Assembly (NCBI GenBank): GCA_038904395.1
Contig: JBCKKC010000002.1
Coordinates: forward strand, 14,285-78,284
Length of the DNA: 64,000 bases
DNA from: Acidimicrobiia bacterium
GTDB lineage: Bacteria > Actinomycetota > Acidimicrobiia > UBA2766
Direction: 5' to 3'
In this document: positions 46,447 through 54,543 of the stretch, one piece after another
How the letters are laid out: each line of letters starts with the position of its first letter
Position numbering within the stretch: the stretch's first letter is position 1
Made by a program: the position numbers and the translations under genes
Notes under the pieces: model-generated
Seen by the model: only the letters and a program-made list of their open reading frames with translations
The model's database searches: none
Told to the model about the DNA's origin: nothing

Positions 46447-47337
46447 TTGAGCGAAGGTAGCATCGTAATGACACACGAGAGCGGAAAGTCACTTAGGCCC
46501 CAGGTTACTGTGCCCCAAATCATGAACTCAAAAATGCCAGGCGGAGGCGGGGAACCTCTCGTTGTGGTGACTGCGTATGACGCCCCGACAGCCCGAATTG
46601 CTGAGGCGGCCGGCGTCGATATCATCCTCGTCGGCGATAGCCTCGGTATGGTGGTGCTGGGTGCCGATGACACACTGCACGTGACCGTCGATGTCATGGT
46701 TCATCATTGCGCCGCAGTGACGAGCCAAAAGCCGTCTGCCCTCGTGGTAGCCGATCTGCCGTTTCTCTCATATCACATCTCCAAAGAAGACACAGTGCGC
46801 AATGCCGGGCGCCTCATTCGTGACGGGGGCGCTCAAGCAGTAAAGCTTGAAGGTGGCATCAAGCGACTCGAGATGGTGCACGCAATCCTCGACAGCGAAA
46901 TCCCCGTCATGGGACATATCGGCCTTACTCCCCAAAGCATGCACGCCATGGGTGGTTTTCGGGTGCAAGGAAAAGAGCTTGAGCAAGCACAGGCTTTGCT
47001 TGACGACGCCAAGGCCCTCGACGCAGCCGGTGTTTTTGCCATTGTCCTCGAGGGGATACCGGCCCAGCTCGCCACCCTTATTACCCAGCGCGTTTCGGTG
47101 CCCACGATCGGGATCGGGGCCGGCGTCAATTGTGACGGACAAGTATTGGTAATCCACGATTTGCTAGGGCTGGCTACAGGTCACGTGCCCAAGTTTGTTC
47201 GCCGCTATGCCAGTGTCCTTGACGACTCAGTTGATGCAGTGGCCCGCTATGCTACTGATGTCAAGAAGCGAGAATTTCCAGGCCCCGACGAAACATATAA
47301 CATGAGTCCTTCAATCGCCGACCAACTGATTGGTTAA
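46447..47337 (+). CDS. panB: 3-methyl-2-oxobutanoate hydroxymethyltransferase
   Basis: PanB motifs are present: VTAYD...A......GVD.ILVGDSLGMV, KLEGG and GH.GLTPQS. Confidence 0.9.
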   Translation: MSEGSIVMTHESGKSLRPQVTVPQIMNSKMPGGGGEPLVVVTAYDAPTARIAEAAGVDIILVGDSLGMVVLGADDTLHVTVDVMVHHCAAVTSQKPSALVVADLPFLSYHISKEDTVRNAGRLIRDGGAQAVKLEGGIKRLEMVHAILDSEIPVMGHIGLTPQSMHAMGGFRVQGKELEQAQALLDDAKALDAAGVFAIVLEGIPAQLATLITQRVSVPTIGIGAGVNCDGQVLVIHDLLGLATGHVPKFVRRYASVLDDSVDAVARYATDVKKREFPGPDETYNMSPSIADQLIG

Positions 47338-47381
47338 GCGGCGGGCAGCCTGACTTCGCAGAGTATCCATCCGGCATCCCG

Positions 47382-47418
47382 CCCGTCATCCTGAGGGAGC
47401 GCAGCGACCGTGAGGATC
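47382..47418. repeat. Solo half of the family-A variant (CGTCATCCTGAGGGAG...)
   Basis: CCGTCATCCTGAGGGAGCGCAGCGACCGTGAGGATCC matches the reverse complement of the right half of the element at 59286-59399 (GGATCCTCACGGTCGG...CCCTCAGGATGACGAGG). Confidence 0.5.
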
Positions 47419-48075
47419 CAGGAATCCGAATTTTTGCGAGCGCAGCGGGCAATTCCAAAATGGCTTCGCCATTTATTGCGACTAGTTGTATTGTGCTGCT
47501 TAAGTGTCGCCATTTCCGGGTGTGCATTTACCAGTGGCGGTCGTGCTCGGACCACACCTTCCGCCAGTCAGGGTCGTGGCCCTGAACAACAATTAACTAC
47601 AACGAGAGACATTGCCAAGATGCAACAGGAATGCGCTGTGAAAGTGGCCGAGGCGAATCCCAGCAAGATCGATCTGGCCCCCTTTGGGCCTCCAGTTGTC
47701 GGGCGGCTAACACAGGGGAGTGTGTTCAAGGATTTGTGTCTGCAAAAGGCCGACAGCCAGGCCGAGTTGGCTCAAGGACTGATGGGTCGTGCCCAGATTG
47801 CCCCATACGACGGAATGATTTTCATCTTCGCAGGACCGGACAATTGGCAATTCTGGATGAAAGACACACTCATCCCGTTGAAGTTATTGCCCATCGCCGA
47901 CGACGGCAAAGTGATCGGTGCCATCTCGATGAGTCCCTGCACTAGTGACCCTTGTCAACAGTATTCGCCCGGTCAGCCCTATGCCCAAGCCCTTGAACTA
48001 CCCGACGATGTGTTTGCAGGCCTTGAGGCGACTTTCAATATGAAAGAGCAGTTGAGTTTCGCGTTGATTGGCTGA
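47410..48075 (+). CDS. DUF192 domain protein with N-terminal signal/lipoprotein-like sequence
   Basis: The DUF192 core reads GLMGR......DGMIF.F......FWMK.T.IPL. The N-terminal hydrophobic segment ends in ISGC. The 5' end overlaps a repeat fragment, so the true start may be downstream. Confidence 0.65.
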   Translation: MRIQESEFLRAQRAIPKWLRHLLRLVVLCCLSVAISGCAFTSGGRARTTPSASQGRGPEQQLTTTRDIAKMQQECAVKVAEANPSKIDLAPFGPPVVGRLTQGSVFKDLCLQKADSQAELAQGLMGRAQIAPYDGMIFIFAGPDNWQFWMKDTLIPLKLLPIADDGKVIGAISMSPCTSDPCQQYSPGQPYAQALELPDDVFAGLEATFNMKEQLSFALIG

Positions 48076-48211
48076 CTTGTCAAGACCATTTCAAGACCGA
48101 GGCCGAGTTTTTCCTGCTAACGTTGGTTTTTGTAACACGCACCCTGCTCCTCACCAGATTGGGAGGAGCCTTGGCGACATTCAGTCGTTGAGTCCGGAGG
48201 GAGGACAAAAA

Positions 48212-48529
48212 TTGCGTATCTATGAAACGATGATCATCTTTGACACCGAGGTCGAAGAGACAGACATCAAGGCCTTTATCCAACGGATAAAGGATCTCCT
48301 TGAAGCCCAGGGTGGCAAACTAACCGACACCGACATCTGGGGTCGACGCCAATTAGCTTATGAGATCAAACACAAGCGCGATGGCTACTATGTTGTTCTG
48401 ACTGCCGACGCTGAGCCCGATGCGGTCGCCGAGGTGGGGCGAGTCCTCACACTTTCGGATTCGGTCCTTCGCTACAAGACAATGCGATTGCCCGATAAAG
48501 TAGCTCAGCCAGCAGAAGCATCCAAGTAG
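48212..48529 (+). CDS. rpsF: 30S ribosomal protein S6
   Basis: The start is a TTG at 48212, preceded by GGAGGGAGG. Translation gives (M)RIYETMIIFD...WGRRQLAYEI, a canonical S6. The ORF track N-terminal extension is discarded. Confidence 0.88.
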   Translation: MRIYETMIIFDTEVEETDIKAFIQRIKDLLEAQGGKLTDTDIWGRRQLAYEIKHKRDGYYVVLTADAEPDAVAEVGRVLTLSDSVLRYKTMRLPDKVAQPAEASK

Positions 48530-48540
48530 AAGGAACAGCC

Positions 48541-48990
48541 ATGGCAAGCGAAAACACTGTTACCGTAGTCGGTAATATCACCTCTGACCCAGAGTTGCGT
48601 TTTACCGCAGGTGGTCAGGCAATGGCCAAATTTGGTCTTGCTGTCAACCGTCGTTGGCAGAACCGTTCCACCCAACAATGGGAAGAAGACACTTCCTTCT
48701 TCAACATCACCACTTGGCGTGAGCAAGCAGAGAACGCTGCTAACTGTCTGCGCAAAGGGGCCCGCGTGATTGTCACGGGTCGTCTGCAGCAGCGCTCATG
48801 GGAAACCCCCGAAGGCCAGAAGCGCTCCATTGTTGAGATCCAAGCGGACGAAATTGGGCCAAGTTTGCGGTGGGCGACTGTGGACGTAACGCGTACGCCA
48901 CGCCGTGAGAGTGACCAAGCAAGCGCAGCCCCAGCGATCGACACCCCATTAGCCGAAGAACCGGCTTGGGATGAAGAGCCGGCTTTCTAG
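48541..48990 (+). CDS. ssb: Single-stranded DNA-binding protein
   Basis: An OB fold is present (NTVTVVGNITSDPELRFT..G...A.F.LAVNRR). The acidic C-terminal tip reads PAWDEEPAF. Confidence 0.92.
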   Translation: MASENTVTVVGNITSDPELRFTAGGQAMAKFGLAVNRRWQNRSTQQWEEDTSFFNITTWREQAENAANCLRKGARVIVTGRLQQRSWETPEGQKRSIVEIQADEIGPSLRWATVDVTRTPRRESDQASAAPAIDTPLAEEPAWDEEPAF

Positions 48991-49009
48991 AAAATTTTGA
49001 GGAAAACAT

Positions 49010-49273
49010 ATGGCAAAGACAAAGAAGCGTCCTAGCAGAAGAACCGAAGAGCGGCCCGAGCGTAAGGCACGCAAGCGGCCTCGTGTTCCTGGTATCGAAC
49101 TGCTCGAGTACATTGACTACAAGGACGTAGCGATGTTGCGCGAGTTCATGTCAGAGCGAGCCAAGGTTCGCGCACGTAGAGTGACCGGCTTGTCACAGCG
49201 TCGCCAACGTGAAATTGCAACGGCAATCAAGAACGCTCGCGAGATGGCACTGTTGCCATACACCAACAGGTAG
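49010..49273 (+). CDS. rpsR: 30S ribosomal protein S18
   Basis: S18 motifs are present: IDYKDV..L..F......I..RR.TG......R.I..AIK.AR..ALLPY. Confidence 0.92.
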   Translation: MAKTKKRPSRRTEERPERKARKRPRVPGIELLEYIDYKDVAMLREFMSERAKVRARRVTGLSQRRQREIATAIKNAREMALLPYTNR

Positions 49274-49281
49274 GCGCCAAT

Positions 49282-49746
49282 ATGAGAGTGATCTTACGAA
49301 AAGACGTTGACAAATTAGGCACCAAAGGTGACGTTCTAAAAGTCTCCGATGGTTTCGCCCGAAACTACCTAGTGCCCAAGGGCTTCGCAATTGGAGCGAC
49401 AGCCGGAGCACTTAAGCAAGCTTCAGACATGCAGAGAGCTCGCCAACAACGTGACGAGCGTGAGCGTGAAGCTGCAGAGCTCTTGTCTCGCAAGCTGTCC
49501 GCAGCTCGATTGCGTGTCAAGGCACATGCTGGCATCGACGGAAAGCTATTCGGCTCGATTACTGCGGCAGATGTTGCCAAAGCGGCCGAGAAGCAAGCCA
49601 ATGAAGTGATTGACAAGCGTCGGATCCATATTCCCGACACGATTCGGTCAGTCGGTTTGCACGAAGTCACCGTTCGGCCGCATCCTGAGGTGGAATTTAA
49701 ACTAACCATCGAAGTGGTTCAGGACACGAGTGCTCGCGCAAGCTGA
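49282..49746 (+). CDS. rplI: 50S ribosomal protein L9
   Basis: The protein begins MRVILRKDVDKLGTKGDVLKVSDGFARNYLVPKG, a canonical L9 N-terminus. Confidence 0.92.
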   Translation: MRVILRKDVDKLGTKGDVLKVSDGFARNYLVPKGFAIGATAGALKQASDMQRARQQRDEREREAAELLSRKLSAARLRVKAHAGIDGKLFGSITAADVAKAAEKQANEVIDKRRIHIPDTIRSVGLHEVTVRPHPEVEFKLTIEVVQDTSARAS

Positions 49747-49749
49747 AAA

Positions 49750-50907
49750 CTAGCTAATTGGACCTTTGGGCAGGGAGAAACTAAAAGTTGATCCCTGCCC
49801 AAAAGTGGATTCAACCCAGATTTTGCCGCCGTGAAGTTCTACGATCTTTTGGCATAGTGCCAACCCGATTCCGGTGCCGGGATACTCGTGGCGCGGATGC
49901 AAACGTTGAAAAATCTCAAACACACGCTGCTGATCCTTGGCCTCAATGCCTATGCCGTTGTCGGTGACAGATACTATCCAATCTGAAGCAGTATCTTGAG
50001 CGTGTACTTGTATTTGGGGCGTATGGCCATCTCGGTATTTCAGGGCGTTGCCAATGAGGTTTTGCATCAACTGCTGCAGCTGAACAGAGTCGCCGTTTAC
50101 CGTCGGGAGAGGGTCTCGCGTGACGACAGCACGGGTTTCCGAAATCGGCACGGCCAGGGCATCGAGGGCATGATTTAGCGCCTCATCTAGATTGACCTGG
50201 CTCACAGAAATCCCCGCGCCTACTTCTGAGAAGGCCAAGAGGTCAGTGATGAGCTGTTGCATCCTCTCTGCCGAGTCGCCCAGATATGACACGAGTTCGT
50301 TAGCCTTTGGATTTTCACTTTGAGGGAACATTCGAGCCAGCATTGAGTCAAAGGCGACTATCTTGCGGAGCGGTTCTTGCAGGTCGTGTGACACTGCCGA
50401 GGCAAAGTCGCTCAGATTGCGATTTGAACGGGCCAGGTCCGAAACTGTGGAGCGGAGCTTGCTTTGGGCTTCTTTGCGGCTCGTGATATCCGAAATCACT
50501 CCCAGGTAGCCGCGGAATCCGCCATGTTCGTTCTTAAGTGCGATGGCATGATCGGACACCCACCGTTGCTCTCCGTCAGGTAGCTCGAGGCGATACTCCT
50601 GATAAATTTCGTGGCCGGTATCGGCGACATCTGCCCACTGGTGTAGGTAGCCCTGTCGGTCGTCAGGGCAAACATGCTTGGACCAGTCATGGTCAACAAT
50701 TTCCTTGATCCCTCTGTCTGCCAGTTTCGCTAGATAGGGATTGGCATAGATGATGGCGGTGCCTACGGCCTCATAGATGCCGACGGGGATGTTCTCAGCT
50801 ATTGATTCGAGTTTCTTATCGCCGGGCATGTCCATACTGGGCCATCTCTGTGCGATGAGCGCCACGGCTTTCAACCCAAACCCGGCGCCTTGTGTGTTCG
50901 CAGACAA
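49750..50907 (-). CDS. PAS-domain sensor histidine kinase (no adjacent response regulator)
   Basis: A PAS region is followed by the HisKA H-box FASAVSHDLQEPL. The HATPase_c N, G1 and G2 boxes are present (NLIGNALKY, DNGIGI, GTGIGL). Confidence 0.85.
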   Translation of the reverse strand: MSANTQGAGFGLKAVALIAQRWPSMDMPGDKKLESIAENIPVGIYEAVGTAIIYANPYLAKLADRGIKEIVDHDWSKHVCPDDRQGYLHQWADVADTGHEIYQEYRLELPDGEQRWVSDHAIALKNEHGGFRGYLGVISDITSRKEAQSKLRSTVSDLARSNRNLSDFASAVSHDLQEPLRKIVAFDSMLARMFPQSENPKANELVSYLGDSAERMQQLITDLLAFSEVGAGISVSQVNLDEALNHALDALAVPISETRAVVTRDPLPTVNGDSVQLQQLMQNLIGNALKYRDGHTPQIQVHAQDTASDWIVSVTDNGIGIEAKDQQRVFEIFQRLHPRHEYPGTGIGLALCQKIVELHGGKIWVESTFGQGSTFSFSLPKGPIS

Positions 50908-50963
50908 TACTACTTCAACGCCAGAGGGGCCCTGCCGGTGGCTTGCTCCGTCAACCCGTCTGG

Positions 50964-52766
50964 CTAGGCGGGTTGACGGGTCGTGAAGTCTTCAAACTTG
51001 GATAGGTGCTCCAAGAAGGCGAGGCGAATCGTGTCGGTAGGCCCATTACGATGCTTGGCGATGATCAGCTCGGCTTCACCCCGCTCAGTGCTCTCAGCAC
51101 CGTGGTAGTAATCGTCTCGGTATAAGAACGCCACAATATCGGCATCTTGCTCAATCGAATTGTGAGCGATCACCCCATTGGCAACGAAATTGTGCGTCCC
51201 CTCAACGGTGGCATCGAATGTTGGCATCGGGCCTAGTGACTCAATCTCCTTTACCTCATCCCAGTGGACATCAGACGTAGCCAGATCAACCATGGCTGGA
51301 TCATCGATTGAGGCGATTGCATCGCCAACATTTAGTTCGTCGAGGCGGGTCCAGCCGTCGAGCCTTCTGAACGGGTGGTTGGCTGTTGCCTCGACTTCGT
51401 AGCCAGAGGCGAGGCGCAGTCGAAAAACGGGCTTGATGCCGGATGGGAAGGTCCGCACCAGTCGACGTGGCACTATCCGCCACCTTTCATCGAGCGACCA
51501 CACAAGGGGTTGCTCCTGGCTGAGGACTAGCTCGCCAAGGGTAACTTCCTTGCCGTTGTCAGCTCGCAAGAGGCGAGTATTGGCCGGCATGCAACCGGAC
51601 TCTCTTAAGTCGCCGAGCATGGGGCGTTTGTCGGAACGGGACTCGGGGGAACGGTTGAGCTGGCAGGCGGCGATTATGGGGGTGGATAGCTCTCTGGCGA
51701 GAGTCTTGAGGTTTCGAGAGATTTCGGCGATTTCGACTTGGCGGCTTTCGGGGCGGCCGGAACCGTGCATCAGCTGCAAGTAGTCAACAATGATTAGGCC
51801 TAGCGGCTGCGATGCGGCGAGTCGGCGACACTTTGCCCTGATGTCGAGTACGGATGTGTAAGCAGAATCGTCAATGTAGAGAGGCGCATTTGAGAGGACT
51901 CCGACCGTGTGGGCGATACGTGACCAGTCTTGATCGCCCAGTGCTCCCGTCTTAATCTTTTGCGCCTCAACTTTGGATTCTGCACATAGGAGGCGATTGA
52001 CGATCTCCATCTTGGACATTTCGAGGGTAAAAAAAGCGACGGCCTTGTGTTGCTCGAGCGCGGCGTGAGTGGCAATGTTGGCAATAAAACACGACTTGCC
52101 CATGCCAGGGCGAGCAGCGACAATCATTAGGTTTGACGGCTGCAAGCCAGCAGTGAGGCGATCAAAGTCACGAAAGCCAGTCGACAAACCGGTGATCTCG
52201 GTGCCGCGTAGCTGCATTTGCTCCAAAGACCGCAAGCTATCGTCGAGCAGCTCACGCAAGTGTGAGAACTGGGACGAGCGGCGTTCCTGGCTGATATTGA
52301 AGACGAGTCCTTCAGCATCGTCGAGAACCTCGGAGGGGTCGACTCCTGGCTGGTAAGCCTTCTCGGAAATCTCGGATGAAACTTCGATGAGTCGGCGCAT
52401 CATTGCGCACTGGCGAACGATTTCGGCGTAGTAACCGGCATTAGAAGTCGACGGCGTATCGGCAGTTAGGGCCCGCAGATATGAGAGGCCGCCCAGTTGT
52501 TCAAGCGAATTTGATTTACGCAGCTCTTCGGAGAGCGTGACAGCATCGACCGGTTCGCCCTTGCCATACAAGTTGATGATCGCTTCGAAGATGCGACCGT
52601 GCAAGCCCCGATAGAAATCGTCAGCAGTAACCTCTTCGATGGCCATACCAATGGCATCTTTGGACAGCAACATGGCGCCAAGCAATGACTGCTCGGCTTC
52701 GAGATTTTGTGGAGGCACGCGGCCGTGCGTATTCAGTTGCTCTAACGAATGCACGGTTTGTGCCAT
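50964..52766 (-). CDS. dnaB: Replicative DNA helicase DnaB, interrupted by a mini-intein
   Basis: The N-terminus reads PPQNLEAEQSLLGAML. Walker A is ARPGMGKS and Walker B is IIVDYLQLM. The arginine finger region is split by an insertion between RESG and SIEQDAD. Confidence 0.93.
   Translation of the reverse strand: MAQTVHSLEQLNTHGRVPPQNLEAEQSLLGAMLLSKDAIGMAIEEVTADDFYRGLHGRIFEAIINLYGKGEPVDAVTLSEELRKSNSLEQLGGLSYLRALTADTPSTSNAGYYAEIVRQCAMMRRLIEVSSEISEKAYQPGVDPSEVLDDAEGLVFNISQERRSSQFSHLRELLDDSLRSLEQMQLRGTEITGLSTGFRDFDRLTAGLQPSNLMIVAARPGMGKSCFIANIATHAALEQHKAVAFFTLEMSKMEIVNRLLCAESKVEAQKIKTGALGDQDWSRIAHTVGVLSNAPLYIDDSAYTSVLDIRAKCRRLAASQPLGLIIVDYLQLMHGSGRPESRQVEIAEISRNLKTLARELSTPIIAACQLNRSPESRSDKRPMLGDLRESGCMPANTRLLRADNGKEVTLGELVLSQEQPLVWSLDERWRIVPRRLVRTFPSGIKPVFRLRLASGYEVEATANHPFRRLDGWTRLDELNVGDAIASIDDPAMVDLATSDVHWDEVKEIESLGPMPTFDATVEGTHNFVANGVIAHNSIEQDADIVAFLYRDDYYHGAESTERGEAELIIAKHRNGPTDTIRLAFLEHLSKFEDFTTRQPA
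51159..51593 (-). mobile_element. DnaB mini-intein (145 aa, no homing endonuclease domain)
   Basis: The insert begins with Cys (CMPANTRLL, block A), has the TxxH block B (EATANHPF), and ends VIAHN followed by Ser +1. Removing it restores the contiguous DnaB motif LRESG/SIEQDADIV. Confidence 0.85.
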
Positions 52767-52831
52767 TGCCCCCCTATTACCTAGTTCTAGCGTCTTACGA
52801 AATCAACTTGGCCTAAGCATGGCACGGCACC

Positions 52832-52864
52832 CCTGTGGACAACCTGTGTAGATCCTGTGGATTT
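52832..52864. promoter_or_regulatory. Three CCTGTGKA motifs in 11-bp phase upstream of dnaB, including one perfect DnaA box
   Basis: The motifs are CCTGTGGA (52832), CCTGTGTA (52843) and CCTGTGGA (52854). TGTGGACAA at 52834-52842 is the reverse complement of TTGTCCACA. The array lies 66-98 bp upstream of the dnaB start. Confidence 0.4.
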
Positions 52865-53051
52865 CCTTGGGATATCGCGATTGGGCCCGAACAAGCTGCT
52901 CAGGGTAGTTGTCTTTTTACAGCGTGCGTTTGATGGAAGCGACGTTGGGGCCTAGTATAGACGAACGTATGTTTGCTCGGTGACCAGTTGGGTGATCTCA
53001 GCGCGCAGAGAACGGTCTTCAGGCGAGATAGGCGCGTAAGTTCAATACCTG

Positions 53052-53357
53052 ATGTTTTTCGCCGTGAATTTTCTTATTCAAGTTGTGCAGCAATTGATGT
53101 TGGCGTTGGGAGTAGCGCTGGCGGGAGCCAACCTGTTCGCGCTCGTACGCAGCTGGTGGCTGCAACGAAAATACAAGGTCGAATTGGCGGGGTGGCAAGT
53201 GGGTCGAGAAGGCCAGCAGCAGAGCGTTGGGTCGACTGTACGATCCAAGCCGCAAGCTCCGGCCACGTTGCGCAAAGCCCCATCCGTCGTGAACGTGGTG
53301 ATCGGCATGGCTATCGCTTTGGTCGCCTTAGCCAGCCTCACCTACGGGTGGCTTTGA
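53052..53357 (+). CDS. Possible small membrane protein
   Basis: Hydrophobic helices lie at both ends of the 101-aa ORF. Several overlapping ORFs compete and no homology is recognised. Confidence 0.3.
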   Translation: MFFAVNFLIQVVQQLMLALGVALAGANLFALVRSWWLQRKYKVELAGWQVGREGQQQSVGSTVRSKPQAPATLRKAPSVVNVVIGMAIALVALASLTYGWL

Positions 53358-53409
53358 GTCCGTGCATTGAGCGACCGACACACGCCCGCGTACCCTCTAG
53401 AATGCGGTC

Positions 53410-53856
53410 GTGACTAAGTTTCAGAAGTTTCTCAAGGTGTTCATTCCGATCGTTGGTGTTGGGGTGATCCTCTTTGGTATCAGCCTCAGTATCGTGCTCA
53501 AATCCAGTCTGACGATCAAAGCAGGCTGGAATTTTGCTTGGGGCAGTTTCGATATTTTTTTCGGCCTCGTTGTGCTCGCCACGTGGTGGGCGGCTCATGC
53601 CCGCAAGTGGTGGGCGATCGCGTTAGCGGGAGCGGTAAATGCCGTTCAGGTCATCGATGTACTGTTTACCCTGACTGTCTACTTTGATGTCAGCGAGCGG
53701 CCCGGCATCCTCTTTTGGGCCCTCATTATTCAACCGGTTTTCGGATATCTGATTTGGCACTATGTGCTGGCTCATGTCCGTCCCAGTGTGATCCACGGAG
53801 TCACAGCCACAGGGCGGACCCGTTCTGAGCCAGTCCATGATCCAGGCCAGTCATAG
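53410..53856 (+). CDS. Hypothetical four-TM membrane protein
   Basis: Four clear hydrophobic helices and a GTG start are present. No family recognised. Confidence 0.5.
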   Translation: MTKFQKFLKVFIPIVGVGVILFGISLSIVLKSSLTIKAGWNFAWGSFDIFFGLVVLATWWAAHARKWWAIALAGAVNAVQVIDVLFTLTVYFDVSERPGILFWALIIQPVFGYLIWHYVLAHVRPSVIHGVTATGRTRSEPVHDPGQS

Positions 53857-53916
53857 GAGGCGAACGTTTGGAATCTGACGCCCTGCCGGATTTTCTGGCG
53901 CATTCTCGCTACAGTC

Positions 53917-54543
53917 TTGGGCATGCTGCGATTAGCTGTTCTAGTTTCAGGCCGAGGCACGAATCTCCAAGCGATTATGCAGGCCTGCGAAGAGCCCAAT
54001 TACCCAGCTCGGGTGGTCGTTGTTGCATCAGATCGAGAAGATGCTCCCGCGCTGGAGTCGGCTCGCACTAGTGGAATCCCAGTAGAGGTTGTGGCCTGGG
54101 ACGACTACAGGGCTGACCGGAGGGCGTTCACCCGGGCCATCGTGAAGGTGCTGGAGGCGCACGCGGTTGATCTGGTTGTCTTGGCCGGCTTCATGCGTAT
54201 TCTTTCGATCGAGGCTGTCGAGGCATTCCCAAATGCAATCCTCAACACGCACCCGGCGCTACTCCCGTCATTCCGGGGTGCTCATGCGGTTCGAGAAGCG
54301 CTTGAGGCAGGCGTTAAGATCACAGGAGCCACCGTGCATGTCGTTTCAGAAGATGTGGATGCGGGGCCAATCGTCGCTCAAGAGGCTGTGCCGGTCCTCG
54401 ACGGCGACGGCGAAGCCAGCTTGCACGAGCGCATTCTTGAGGTTGAGCACCGTCTTTTGCCCGAGGTAATAGCTCATTGGGCTCAGGGTTTTTACAAAAT
54501 CGACAACGGAATTGTCCGCGAACAGGGGAACGAAAAACCATGA
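53917..54543 (+). CDS. purN: Phosphoribosylglycinamide formyltransferase
   Basis: PurN motifs are present: LAVLVSGRGTNLQAI, NTHPALLP.F.G and the active-site HVV.E.VD.GPI. The start could be the Met at 53923. Confidence 0.9.
   Translation: MGMLRLAVLVSGRGTNLQAIMQACEEPNYPARVVVVASDREDAPALESARTSGIPVEVVAWDDYRADRRAFTRAIVKVLEAHAVDLVVLAGFMRILSIEAVEAFPNAILNTHPALLPSFRGAHAVREALEAGVKITGATVHVVSEDVDAGPIVAQEAVPVLDGDGEASLHERILEVEHRLLPEVIAHWAQGFYKIDNGIVREQGNEKP

Noticed and set aside
49750-50907. The PAS histidine kinase between rplI and dnaB as part of a novel two-component or defence module.
   Set aside because: It has ordinary HisKA/HATPase architecture. No partner regulator or unusual domain lies nearby. 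An orphan kinase is unremarkable on its own.
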